A stretch of 45,462 nucleotides of DNA from Octopus bimaculoides (lineage: Eukaryota), in NCBI RefSeq assembly GCF_001194135.2, contig NC_068982.1, forward strand, positions 17,857,237-17,902,698. The letters are read 5' to 3'. Below, one piece after another: positions 21,280 to 33,479 of the stretch (the first letter of the stretch is position 1; each line of letters opens with the position of its first letter). The translations under genes were made by a program, and so were the position numbers. The notes below the pieces were generated by a model, which had not been told where the DNA came from, made no database searches, and saw only the letters and a program-made list of their open reading frames with translations.

Positions 21280-22486
21280 AATACTAGCTGAATATTATAT
21301 GTGCGCGCGCGTGTAAGATGATTATTTTGATATACATTATAATATATATATGTAGTAATATATGTATATACATTGTGCACATATGCACACGCACTCATAC
21401 GCACACATACGTACACCCCACAAACTAATACACGCAAACATACACAATCACTCGTATCTATACGTGAAGAGTGTTTATTTATTTTTTTTTTAATTATTGA
21501 AGTACGTTGCATTTCAAAATCGCTCTTCATTTTGAAAAGCAATTTTCAAAAGTATTGTCTGCAATAAGATTTATCGAGTTTGTTTTTAATTTATTTTTCT
21601 TTGTCCATCTCAAGATTAATAATCTAAGAATATAATCTCTTCAAATTGATTAAAAAATACCCAAACCCACTATTTCAAAATTTAATGCATCTACTCAGAA
21701 ACTCACATATACACTAGAAAACACATGAAACACACACACACACACACACATACACACACACATACACACACACACACACTCACACTCACATGCACACATA
21801 TACACGCACACACTCGCATATATGCATGCATATATTTATTGCGTACATTAAAGGTTATTGGTTATACATACATATATGCACACACACGCACGTGTGGACG
21901 CGTGTGTGTATTTCTATGTATGCATGTATACGCTTAGCAGTTTGATTATATGGTATGTTTCGTAACTAGATGGTTCCAGATACTCCTGGATTCAGTGAAT
22001 GTACAACTGCGGCCTAAATCGACCATAAGCGGAAAAGATTACGTTACAAGCAGTCGAACTTTGTCTGTGTTATCGTGCGACGGCAAAAGCTAAGGAACAA
22101 GGAAGTATACTTATAATAAAATTCGTAGCATGATTCCAGACAGCTAATGTTCGTAGCATGATTCCAGACAATTAATGTGCACACAAACAAGGCAAAGGGA
22201 TATTGAAACTAAATGTTCACATAATATGCTGAGATGCAAGGCCAGGTGAGCTGGTGCACGCACAAGCAAGGTTAGAATAGAGTAAGAAACACGTACTTGC
22301 TAGTGAAGTTCGAATCAAACTTCGTGTAGTAATTCTAATATCAAATGTTATGACAGCCTATGTAAGATTCCGCCAGCGGGGTATTACAGACCATAGCATA
22401 CCCCACATATGATCAAAGTTTAGAATTACCGTAAACAGTTTCTGTAATTCATTCACACACACAAACACATACACACACATGTATGT

Positions 22487-22488
22487 AC

Positions 22489-22536
<48 letters not shown>
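22487..22536. repeat. (TATC)n microsatellite
   Basis: Direct inspection. Confidence 0.95.
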
Positions 22537-22774
22537 GGCTGTGTGGTAAGTAGCTTGCTTACCAACCACATGGTTCCGGGTTCAGTCCCACTGCGTGGCA
22601 TCTTGGGCAAGTGTCTTCTACTATAGCCACGGGCTGACCAAAGCCTTGTGAGTGGATTTGGTAGACGGAAACTGAAAGAAGCCCGTATATATATANNNNN
22701 NNNNNNNNNNNNNNNNNNNNNNNNNNNNNNNNNNNNNNNNNNNNNNNNNNNNNNNNNNNNNNNNNNNNNNNNNN

Positions 22775-22812
<38 letters not shown>

Positions 22813-23017
22813 TGTGTCTGTGTTTGTCCCCCTAGCATTGCTTGACAACCGATGCCGGTGTGTTTATGTCCCCGTCACTTAACGGTTCAGCAAAAGAGAC
22901 CGATAGAATAAGTACTAGGCTTAAAAGAATAAGTCCCGGGGTCGATTTTCTCGACTAAAGGTGGTGCTCCAGCATAGCCGCAGTCAAATGACTGAAACAA
23001 GTAAAAGAGTAAAGAGT
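22537..23017 (+). mobile_element. SINE family B with gap inside its internal microsatellite
   Basis: GGCTGTGTGGTAAGTAGCTTGC head, (TA)n-gap-(TG)n, GACTGAAACAAGTAAAAGAGTAAAGAGT tail. Confidence 0.93.
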
Positions 23018-23784
23018 ATATATCTATAAAACACATAGATATAAGGCATTTGGTACGGTAGGTTCTCAATGATACTCCCTGCGATGAAGTGATGTGAATC
23101 GAAGAGCCTAATAAGAGGCTAAACATGAGATATTATGTTGCTAGAAAATGCATTTCATTCGCAAGAACATGAGCTGGTGCTTCTGCTGAAGATAATACCA
23201 AGATCAAAAGCAATTGAATTTATGAACAATGGAAGGTAAACCGCTAAATAGATGATGCAAAAAGAAAAGCTTAATCTCATTCAATCCCATCTCCGCATTG
23301 CTGAACATTTAGTCCTAGATTATTCTAATTATATAAAGGTTAAAATAGACTGGATGGTCATGTTGAGAATTCTTTGAATTATAACTCTGTTCTTTACGGC
23401 AAACCACGTCTGAAGCAGTAATATTTTTAAACAGTGTTGTTTTGCGGTAACAGTATTTGGTGGCATAACCAACCAGCGTTAGCAACTAAATTTTCCTCAC
23501 ATCGTACCATACAAAATAACGTAGTTCTAGATACACTGTGCCTGAGAAAGAAAACAAATATCCAACAGTATCAAAGCTAAATTGCCTTTGATCATGGGTC
23601 TATAAAATCGGGTTGAGCTACGGCGAAATAACATCAAAACCAAACACAACATTGCTATATTTATTCAACACTTCAATTATTTCAAAACTGTTTGCTTATA
23701 CCTGTAAAGTATTTAATTCTAGTGAGGCATATGCATGAAAAATCTTCATAGGATATGTTGTTTATATATGCAAAAGCAACATTG

Positions 23785-24025
23785 CTGTTGTTATTGTTGT
23801 TGTTGTTACTGTTCTTCTTCTTCTTGTTCTTGTTTTTCTTGTTCTTGTTCTTCTTGTTCTTGTTGTTCTTCTTCTTCTCGTCGTCGTAGTCATCGTTGTT
23901 GTTTTTCTTTTTCTTCTTCTTGTCGTTCCCTCCTCCTCTTCGTTCTTCGTTCTTCGTTCTTCTTCTTCTTCTTCTTCTTCTTCTTCTTCTTCTTCTTCTT
24001 CTTCTTCTTCTTCTTCTTCTTCTCC
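23785..24025. repeat. Complex (TTG)/(TTC)n microsatellite
   Basis: Degenerate TTG/TTC grading into about 24 perfect TTC units. Confidence 0.95.
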
Positions 24026-24369
24026 TAAGGTCTTGGATTGTAATTGGTGTGCGGGCCTCTTATATATATGATACTCGTGGGCAACATGCACCACACCCAT
24101 TGTTGTAGTCGAATGATGCAGAATCTTCGTTTTCTCACGATAGCTCCATGCCACTTGTTTACCATTTCTTCTTCACTCCCAGGAACTTTATTATATTGAT
24201 TTGCTATTTAGACACGACACCCTGCATTTATTGCAGAAGAAAATGGCATTGTGTAGAACTTATAGCTTCCTTTCTTTTGGGCTATTAGCGACTGCAACCG
24301 GAAATGCATAGATGAATACAAAGATACACACACATGGTTTTCGTTTAATCTATGATATGTATATCTACG

Positions 24370-24414
24370 CACACACACACACACACACATATGCATGCAT
24401 GTATATATGTATGT

Positions 24415-24453
<39 letters not shown>

Positions 24454-24457
24454 ACGT

Positions 24458-24495
<38 letters not shown>

Positions 24496-25043
24496 TATAT
24501 ATATATTTACATATATATATATATACATATATATACATAAGTATACAAACACCACACACACACGTGCGAACTCACACACACGCACGCACACACACACATA
24601 CACAAACATGTACGCACACAAATGCACACACACACACATATATATATATTGCACAACATAACGTACGACAGAAGAAATGAAGTAAGTTTGGATATTAGAA
24701 AGCCTTGTCGTGGGTGAAATAAGAATGTAAGCACATTCTTTTACATGTTAGTAATGCATATATATATATAAGGATGTATGTATATATGTATGTACACACG
24801 TATGTATGTATATATGTATGTACACACGTATGTATGCATGCATGTATGTATGCATGCAGGCATGCATATGTCTATGTAAAGTTTTCAACACACGCATGCG
24901 CGAACAAAATATCATTCACCATTTTTCATTATCTATTGTGTCATTGGACACGATTTATAGAAGATAAGGGTGGAAAGCTTCTCCAATCTGCTGGAAGTAA
25001 TTTGAATGCAATCAAAACAATTGCTTTTTATCTCCGATCTAAT

Positions 25044-25140
<97 letters not shown>

Positions 25141-25218
25141 ACACACAGACACACACAGACACACACAGACACACACACAAACACACACACGCACACACAC
25201 ACACATACACACATATAT
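24370..25218. repeat. Cluster of (CA)n, (TA)n and (TATG)n microsatellites
   Basis: Direct inspection; includes a perfect (CA)n of about 45 units from 25045. Confidence 0.9.
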
Positions 25219-25219
25219 A

Positions 25220-25845
25220 CTAGCTGAGGTACTCGGTTAATAAGATGTCTGTTGATAGCCATGAAACATTTTTCGTCAAATTTCGTCATTTTTCAAAATG
25301 TTAAAATCTATATTGGTTCTACCCTAATGGGTAGGACCAATTTCACGAAAAAATAAGCAGTCTGGTAGTGAACCCGTGTCGTCGTCATTTTTGTACATGT
25401 GCGTAAAATAGCGAAATTTTACGCTTTGCGGCAGATTTCGTCAAATTAATGTCACGACGGCTAGTGCGCAAATTTGCCTAAATTTTGCTTGAGAAATAAA
25501 ATGCTCTTACCTAATCAAAACCTGAAACGCTGGGGGAATTAAAGCAACGAATTGAAATAAGTTTCAGCAAATCAAAGCAATTCACATTGAAATGAAGAAT
25601 TAGCAAATGCTAAATAGATTACCGTTAATACGCTGTCTGTTTATACCCATGAAACATCTTTCGTCAAATTGACGTCACGATGGCTAGTGCGAAAAATGCC
25701 GAAATTTTACGAATTCTGAAAAATCGATGCTGATTAAAAATCGATATTTCTAAAAATAAGCCCCGCCACACATATCAAGTTTCATCAAGGTCTGTTGGAT
25801 AGTCTCGGAGGAGTTAAAGTAACAAATACACAAACTTGGCATGTA
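25220..25845 (-). mobile_element. Probable non-autonomous Helitron-like fragment
   Basis: Minus strand ends ...GTACCTCAGCTAG|T (Helitron 3' CTRR followed by T); CAAGTTTCATCAAGGTCTGTTGGATAGTCTCGGAGGAGTT block resembles non-autonomous Helitron-type repeats; internal modular repeats. 5' end not defined. Confidence 0.45.
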
Positions 25846-25889
25846 ATGTACAATTGGGCAGAATGCGTTTTTGTTTTCGAATGATGCCA

Positions 25890-26185
<296 letters not shown>

Positions 26186-26282
26186 GTTTGTGTAATGTGA
26201 GAGTTATACCAGAAGTAATGAAAAAATAGGTATAACAATTTCGTTAACTGACGTATGTCATTTGCAGATGCTGATAGAATAA

Positions 26283-26960
26283 AACTTCGTCTATACATCG
26301 TTTCTCCATCACAATCAAAGCATCTGTGCTAACGTTGAACCTAAATCTTGATTGAGCTTTGAAAACATTGAGGCGTGTACTGGTGTACCCACTTCTTTGC
26401 AGCCATTTAAAACTCGTCTGTATCATCAAATCATTTTCCCCGAAGTTAATCCTATTTGGGATCTAATGGCTGAAAGCTGACGGGTGCCAGATCTGGTCTG
26501 ACCGTTTAATGGTGTATCATATACCAGCTCAGTTTACCGATTGCTTGATTTATTACCGAGAATGTGTTGTCTCGCCTTATAATTGTGAACGTGGATCGTT
26601 TTCAGAATCCTGTTCATTCTCTTCTTTATAATTGTTTTTCTCAGTTTTCTGAGTTTTTCATTCTACCGCTCAATGTTTACGGTAGGGACACATTCCAGGA
26701 AATCAAAGAATGAGTCGATCTCAACATACACAAAAGCAGTTACCATGACGTCCTATACCTACAGGTAACACCTGAATTCAATAGGCCTTAGAGAAGTTTG
26801 ACACCCTCCCTATGGACTGAACCTTCTGTTCCGGATCATAAAGGAAAATTTATATTTCATCTGTCACTAGATTAGTGTGGAACTGGCCGAAACTGCTAAG
26901 ATAATCGACTGAGGATATGAAGCTCCGAATAACCCGTCCCTGATTTTTCCTGTCCTTTTT
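26283..26960 (+). mobile_element. Possible very old Penelope-like remnant (GIY-YIG-like)
   Basis: One frame with one internal stop gives NFVYTS...EACTGVPTSLQPFKTRLYH...PIWDL, loosely like the PLE GIY-YIG pattern VY..YIG.T...FKTR...H; downstream GGCC...GGCCGAAAC. Confidence 0.3.
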
Positions 26961-27090
26961 AGTATCGTTTAACTGTCCGGATGTTTTGTTGGCACCTGTT
27001 ACGTTCTTGTTCTATTTTTTGTTTTCTTTCATATATATATATATATTTGTTATTTTTTGTATATTCTCCCATATATATATATATATATAT

Positions 27091-27248
27091 ACGACGGGCT
27101 TCTTTCAGTTTCCGTCTACCAAATCCACTCACAAGGCTTTGGTCGGCCCGAGGCTATAGTAGACGACACTTGCCCAAAGTGTCACGCAGTGGGACTGAAC
27201 CCATGACCATGTGGCTGGTGAGCAAGCTACTTACCACACATCCACTCC
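27091..27248 (-). mobile_element. SINE family B, 5' half
   Basis: ACGACGGGCTTCTTTCAGTTTCCGTCTACC...AGCAAGCTACTTACCACACATCCACTCC; ends at the internal (TA)n. Confidence 0.9.
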
Positions 27249-27349
27249 AAGAATAAATATATATATGTATTTATAATACATACATATTTGTGTGTATGCG
27301 TGTGTGCGCGAGCATTTGAGCGTGTTGGTGTAACAATGTAATTTTTAGC

Positions 27350-27534
27350 TTCAAATTTTGGACCAAAGCAATTAAGTTTAGGGAGGGCGTATAATCGATT
27401 CCACCTCCCCAACAGCCCAACTGGTACTTATTTTATCAACCTCGGCGGAATTTGAACCCAGAAGGCAAGACGGACGAAATGCCGCTAAGTATTTTGTCCG
27501 GCGTGCTAAAGAAAAAAAACAGCTCACCGCCTTA
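27350..27534 (-). mobile_element. SINE family A with internal deletion
   Basis: CTGGTACTTATTTTATCAACCTCGGCGGAATTTGAAC: the CCCGAAAGGATGAAAGGCAAAG segment present in other copies is missing. Confidence 0.85.
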
Positions 27535-27859
27535 GCATGATTGTAATTATTATGATATTGTAATAGGCCAATGCTTACTAATGTTATCTTCAAAACTCAA
27601 TTAAAACAAACGAATACAACATAAGAAATATAACAAACCTACACAATGAAAGAAATTAGTCGGGTACTTCTATGACAGTCAACATTGACAAGGAAAATTA
27701 ATAAACGTTAAATATAAATCATTAAGATTAAAGCCACGTAATATTTCATTCTAAATAATTTTCCCAAATATGACAGCTGCTTAGGACTTTGGTTTAGTGT
27801 ATATTGTTATTAATATAAAATTTGATTATCTTCAGATGAAAGTAATTCTACTAAAATAC

Positions 27860-27898
<39 letters not shown>

Positions 27899-27899
27899 C

Positions 27900-27930
<31 letters not shown>

Positions 27931-27931
27931 C

Positions 27932-27982
<51 letters not shown>

Positions 27983-28023
27983 CCTGTCTGTCTGTCTATC
28001 TATCTATCTATTTATCTATCTAC

Positions 28024-28054
<31 letters not shown>

Positions 28055-28079
28055 TCTATCTACATATACATATATACAC

Positions 28080-28140
<61 letters not shown>
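27860..28140. repeat. (TATC)n with periodic TACC(TGTC)3 interruptions, then (CA)n
   Basis: Four TACCTGTCTGTCTGTC blocks separated by TATC runs. Confidence 0.93.
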
Positions 28141-28144
<4 letters not shown>

Positions 28145-28619
28145 ACACATACATACGAATACATTTATAAACATTCTTGCAAATTACAAACCCACAGAAA
28201 TGATTATATAACGGAAGGGAGAACTACGAATGTATTAACAATTGCTATTAGCTTATGTCATCTCTCAGATTAGACCAGACATACATGTATGCATTCATAT
28301 CCAGTCCTAGAGAATTTGAACAGTAAATGATGTTGCTGCCAATTCGATAACAGCATATGATCTACGTTGACCAACGGCAACCCAATATCATGTAGTCATT
28401 TTGAAGTCCTCCTCATATATATATATGCACCCATTCATATATAAATATATATAGACATGCGCAGAAACCTGCACACACACATTCACGCCCATATATCTGC
28501 AGTGACGCTTACTCAGAGACTCAGCACGTAAAGCATAAGTGATTATGAGGCATTCATCTGTTTTTGATTTTGTGTTATTCAATCGATTAACCTCTGTACT
28601 ATTTTAAGAGGTTATAACA

Positions 28620-29540
28620 TAGGAATCAAGAAAGCGCTTGAAACAAATATTAAATGGAAACAATAGTATCGAAGTAATGAATAAATGGGCCTATCTAATA
28701 CTGGGACACTCTGCTCCTCTGTTTAAAATTTATTAGGACAGGGCTATAGAACATAGATTAAAGAATTTGGAAGCTATTCACCATGTCAAGCGTACCACCA
28801 TAAAAGTTAAACCAACAGTCTCTAGCAATCAAAAAAACGGAAGGACGCAGAGGCTTGCTAAATGCCGTAGACATAAAAGATGATGGGATAATGCACATGA
28901 GAAACTATGTTATACGTAGTGGATTCAGAAGGCCACGGTAACTAGAAATGTCCAACAAATTACTGAAAACCGAGAACGGCTAAATCATGGAAGACACCAA
29001 GGATTCTGGAATTAAAAAAAAAACTGTTTATGATTGCCTGACGGAAGCCTGGAATGAGAACGAATCGCTAATTATAACCGCTAAGCAATAAGCCATTAGA
29101 ACGAATTTGATAAAATTCAGAGGGCAAATGCAGAATCTGGGAATGGAGACGGCGATATTGACCGGTGTTAAGAGAATGCAGTAAGATAGCACAAATCTTT
29201 ATCGGTGCAAGCATAACAGTAGACTGAGATGTTTCGTGTGAATTCAACGTAGCGGAATAAAGGTATGAACTCAATACAGAGGCTGTGATAAACCATAACA
29301 GTTTCGGGTTTTTATGGGATTTCCATATGAAGATTGATCATGAAAAGTGACACGATATGATTACAGAAGACAGAAAAGAAGAAGCAAAAAAAAAAAAAAA
29401 GCGAGAAACGAAAACAAACAAGCAGTAATAAGATCATCGATTTTGCAATAGCATTAGATAACAGAGTGGAAATTGAGAAATATCAGAACCTAGACAGGAG
29501 GCTGAATGGGGAGGACTAGCAATGATTCCTGTCGTAATAA
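28620..29540 (+). pseudogene. Old degenerate R4/Dong-like element (RT thumb to RLE), third lineage
   Basis: Frameshifted blocks LNGNNSIEVMNKWA, KLFTMSS...KKTEGRRGLLNAVD, ENESLIITAKQ*AIRTNLIK, KIIDFAIALDNRVEIEKYQNL and MIPVVI, in the expected order; followed by (AAC)/(ATC) repeats. Confidence 0.7.
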
Positions 29541-29584
29541 CAACAACAACAACAATAATCATCATTATCATATTATTAATAATG

Positions 29585-29742
29585 TTTTCACAGACGTTCT
29601 CTAGAACAATACTTTTGGCAAAGCCATAAATATGGCACCCCAGTTATAACACCAACTCGAATTTCTAACTTGTTGTCTCTTGAGGTCTCTGGGTGAAACT
29701 TGTAGTCAATTTGTACAAATACAAAGGAAAAGCCAAACATAT
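29585..29742 (-). mobile_element. Unclassified interspersed repeat fragment
   Basis: Non-low-complexity block abutting (AAT)n; resembles, from memory only, the region that follows family F sequence in octopus repeats; no second copy in the window. Confidence 0.25.
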
Positions 29743-29788
29743 AGTAATAATAATGATAATAATAATGATAATAATAATAATAATAATG

Positions 29789-29831
<43 letters not shown>
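29743..29831. repeat. (AAT)n microsatellite
   Basis: Direct inspection. Confidence 0.96.
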
Positions 29832-29834
<3 letters not shown>

Positions 29835-30185
29835 GGCACTACTTCTCATGGCTTTTGATCTTAACTGATTGGAAATGTTATCATGTACATGTTTTGTTTT
29901 CGTATGAAAGACGGGCTCCAGCCAATATTCTGCTCGATACCACAGATTTGCTTGCCAGTTGTTTGACCTTAACCAGTTGAGTATGTCCTTTGGTGGCTGA
30001 CGACATGTGCATCTCTGATCACGAGCAGAAGTAGTGGGGGAGCCTCATAGCCTTTGTTGAGAGAATCACTTTGAAGTTTCTATAATTCACCTCTGGTTTC
30101 AAATTCCGCCGAAGTCGATTTTCTCTCTCATCCTTTTGAAGGTCATCAAAAGATTTAGAATTTTCTTCAGGTCGATCTTCACTCA
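29832..30185 (+). mobile_element. Family E repeat, copy 2, with rearranged 3' part
   Basis: Aligns to the reverse complement of about 1220-1480; flanked by (AAT)n on both sides; 30098-30175 is an inverted block. Confidence 0.75.
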
Positions 30186-30218
30186 ATAATAATAATAATA
30201 ATAATAATGGTTTCAAAT

Positions 30219-30405
30219 TTTGGCAGAGTGCAGCAGATTTTGAGGGGAGCGTTTATTTCATTACAATGACTTGACTGGTAAATCTTTTGATGACCTTCAA
30301 AAGGATGAGAGAGAAAATCGACTTCGGCGGAATTTGAACTCAAATCGTAAAACCGGGAGAAATGCCGCTAAACCTTTTGTTCGGTGCTTTAACGACTGTG
30401 CCAGC
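30219..30405 (-). mobile_element. SINE family A, diverged
   Basis: GACTTCGGCGGAATTTGAACTC B box region and AACGACTGTGCCAGC head on the reverse strand. Confidence 0.8.
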
Positions 30406-30592
30406 AGAAAGAGAAGAATAATTGATTCGAATAAAATGTGTAATTATAACTGTTCTCGAATATAGTATGCATTTTTAATTAACGAATTAATTATTAATAA
30501 TAAATGTTATTAACAAGATAACAATTACTAAGACAACAACAACAACAACAACAACAACAATAGCAACGACAACAACATTGATAATAATGAGG

Positions 30593-31178
30593 ATTTCTTT
30601 ATTAGCCAGTAGGGCTCACACAGAAACCAGAATATTTATTACAATAACAACGTTACAGAAATTAAACCAGGGTTTTACGTGTAAACAATCCATGGCCAAA
30701 AACAAACATGAAAATTATAAAATTTGCACACGGAGAATTCCCATGTTCTCCATTCTTATGCACCTTTGAGAGAATTAGCTGGAAGGCAGCGTTTCTCTCT
30801 TCCCCCTTAGCTTTCTTGTTTCTTTCTATGGGCCCTGTAGTTAATGACTTTCTTTTGTTCGTATCTGATGTGGTTTTTGTAACCGTTGGTGTGAGCGTGC
30901 ATTAGGCTGCGTTTGTGCTTGCAATATTAGTGGTGATGATGATGATGATGATGATGATGATGACGACGATGATGATGGTGATGGTGGTGGTGTTGATAGC
31001 ATTGGTGCTGCATCTGTTTGGAAGGTGTTGGTGCATATTCTCCTCCGTCCGTTCGAAACTACCACCATTTTGATTTTAGTTGACATGATGTTCTTCGGCT
31101 TTTATCTCTTTTAAGTTCTGTTTACGATTTAAAATATCCCTCGTCAATGTCGCCACATGATATGCCTGACTGATCCGC

Positions 31179-31234
<56 letters not shown>

Positions 31235-31950
31235 CATGGCTGCTGCTTGACGTATTTTGTTTACTTGTGGTTTACTGCTGCTGTTTTCATTGTTGTCATT
31301 CATGTGGTAACGTATAGGGGCGCTGCATTATTTATTGCTTTGTTGCTGTTACTTCTATTGTTGATATCGTAGTTGCTGCTTCCATTGTTGCTACGGTTGT
31401 ACGCAATTGCTGCTACAGCTGCTGCTGCTTCTGTTGTCACTGCTGATGATGTAGCGTTGGTAGTAGTGTATATCTTTCAGTTGTCCTTTTCTTCTTTTAC
31501 TGGGTAGAAAGCCTTGCGCTGATTGGTGTTTCTATTCTTGTGGCATACAGGCATCCTGTCCTCCGCTACCACCTGATGTTGCTGATGTGCTAGAATCTCT
31601 ATGAGGTTGATGGATCCTCTTCAGTGTCACAGATTTCATCTGAATCAGACCCTTCAAATATATCTCAATGTAATTTTTGCTTCCAGAATCTTTAGGTTTC
31701 TAATTGCATTCTAAGGTCCTTCGGCACATCATCTTCTTCCTTTTTCATAAAATACAGTAAGGACATGATTTAAAAGATTTACAGATATTCCTCGCAGATC
31801 GAACAACCGCGTAGAAGCGCACATTTATATTTCCGATTAAGTCTTCCAATTTCAGATGAAGGAAAACATCTTCTGAGTAGGCAATCTCTGTAATACATGT
31901 AGCAGTCACATCTCCCTCAATTTACACCATATAGTCTTGGAAAGGGTCGG
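30593..31950 (-). pseudogene. Degenerate LINE ORF1/gag-like region with 3' UTR and defined 3' terminus, no ORF2
   Basis: Minus strand LIEILAHQQHQVVAEDRMPVCHKNRNTNQRKAFYP (decayed knuckle at 31503-31545, cf. RPKCRTCGTPYHLRAFC at 5359-5406), Thr/Ala-rich tail, NKRKSLTTGPIERNKKAK, then short UTR ending GCCCTACTGGCTAATAAAGAAAT. Confidence 0.5.
31183..31231. repeat. (GA)n microsatellite
   Basis: About 24 units. Confidence 0.96.
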
Positions 31951-33479
31951 GCCTGTTTTATAATCTAGTCCCAGATATGCTATGCAACAGTGAAGTGATA
32001 TGATACACATAGGAAGAACGTCTTTGAACAGAAGTATTTTCTGTTAGAGCCAAGTTAGAGATAACCGACAAGTATGATGATATTCATAACCAGCGACACT
32101 AAATTCTCTCTATCTCTTATATATACTGGTCACACTTCTCCCTTGTTAGTTGTGTAGTAAATATTTTTACGAAGAAAACAAACAAGATAAAAGCATGTCC
32201 ACTGCTTACTCCAGTTGGCTTTTTATCTGCATCTTCTTTATTTTCCAAACATTTTGATTGATATTATAAGAATGATCTCCCCTTGTTCTTTCTTCTAGAT
32301 ATTAAACACATTTAAGGGACGTTTTGCATGGCTAACACTAGTTAATCTAACGTTTTCTATACAGCATGTCACACACATGAGACTCTATCGTCAGGGCTTG
32401 TGTTGACTAATGGCACGATGTAGTGTTGCTAACTGAATACGTGCGAACCAGTATCTTCCAATTTACTTTTCCATTTTCCTATCCTCCGTGTAGAGAGGAT
32501 TAACTTCGATACCTTCCCAATTCGTTTGCTCATAACAAGTGAGTTATTCTGCCTTCATTGTGTTTACATGTTTACAACAATGAGACATTGTTCTCGTGTT
32601 ATATTTATTATACGCCATTGAATTCTTCTCGGTTGAACAAGGTGATGCCAGACCAATACTCCTGTCATCATTTGAGAGAACGGCAGCATTTCCACATAAA
32701 GCCATCTCCTATGGTTATTGTTATGAAGAACTATCGCTATTAGACTAGTTTCTATGGTGTTCTTCCCACTTCAAACGTCATCGATTATTGATCAACATTA
32801 GAAATAGGTGTGTGTGTATGGAATATGTGTCAGTGACCGTGTGTAGGTGTTTGTCGTGTGTGTGAACGTCGGTCTATATGCCTGCATATTATATGTGTGT
32901 GTGTGTTCGTTTATGTGATGTATTGATGAACGGCTGTACATGTGTGTGTACGTGAGTGCGTATGTACGTGTATGTAGCTTGTTCTACGTATGGAAGGAAA
33001 TAAGTGACACAAATAAAGAGAGTGGATAACAGATTGGAGTAGAATGTATATGCATGAGAGCGTGAAAAAGCCTTTCTTTCACTCTCGCTCTCTCTCTCTT
33101 ACTTTCTCTCTGTCTCTCTGTTTTAGTGATTATTGCTATAAAGAAATATCAGAGAACGCAAAAGCGAATATGTGGAAGATAATTAAGCCTGTGTTTGTAT
33201 GTGTATACATATGCGTGATACATGTAAACTTGAGTATATATATATATCTATGTGTGTGTGTGAAGCGTGTGTTTGTATGTGTGCGTGTATGTGTGTGTGT
33301 GTTTGTGTGCGTGTGTATTTGTACGTGTGTGTGTGCGTGTGATTGTGTGTGTGTGCACATGCACGTGTGTGTGTGTGTGTGCGATAATTTTATGAAAGTT
33401 GCATACCATTAAGCGATCCAGTGTGAACAAAGCCATCTTTGCTATTAACTTTCATTGCTTGCGTCAGCACCGTTATTTA

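Noticed and set aside
23130-23240. Possible exon ENAFHSQEHELVLLLKIIPRSKAIEFMNNG with GTAAAC donor
   Set aside because: Poor acceptor and no recognisable homology.
32400-32740. Merlin/ISXO2-like transposase remnant (GDGFMWKC on the minus strand)
   Set aside because: One short motif; downstream catalytic motif not recovered.
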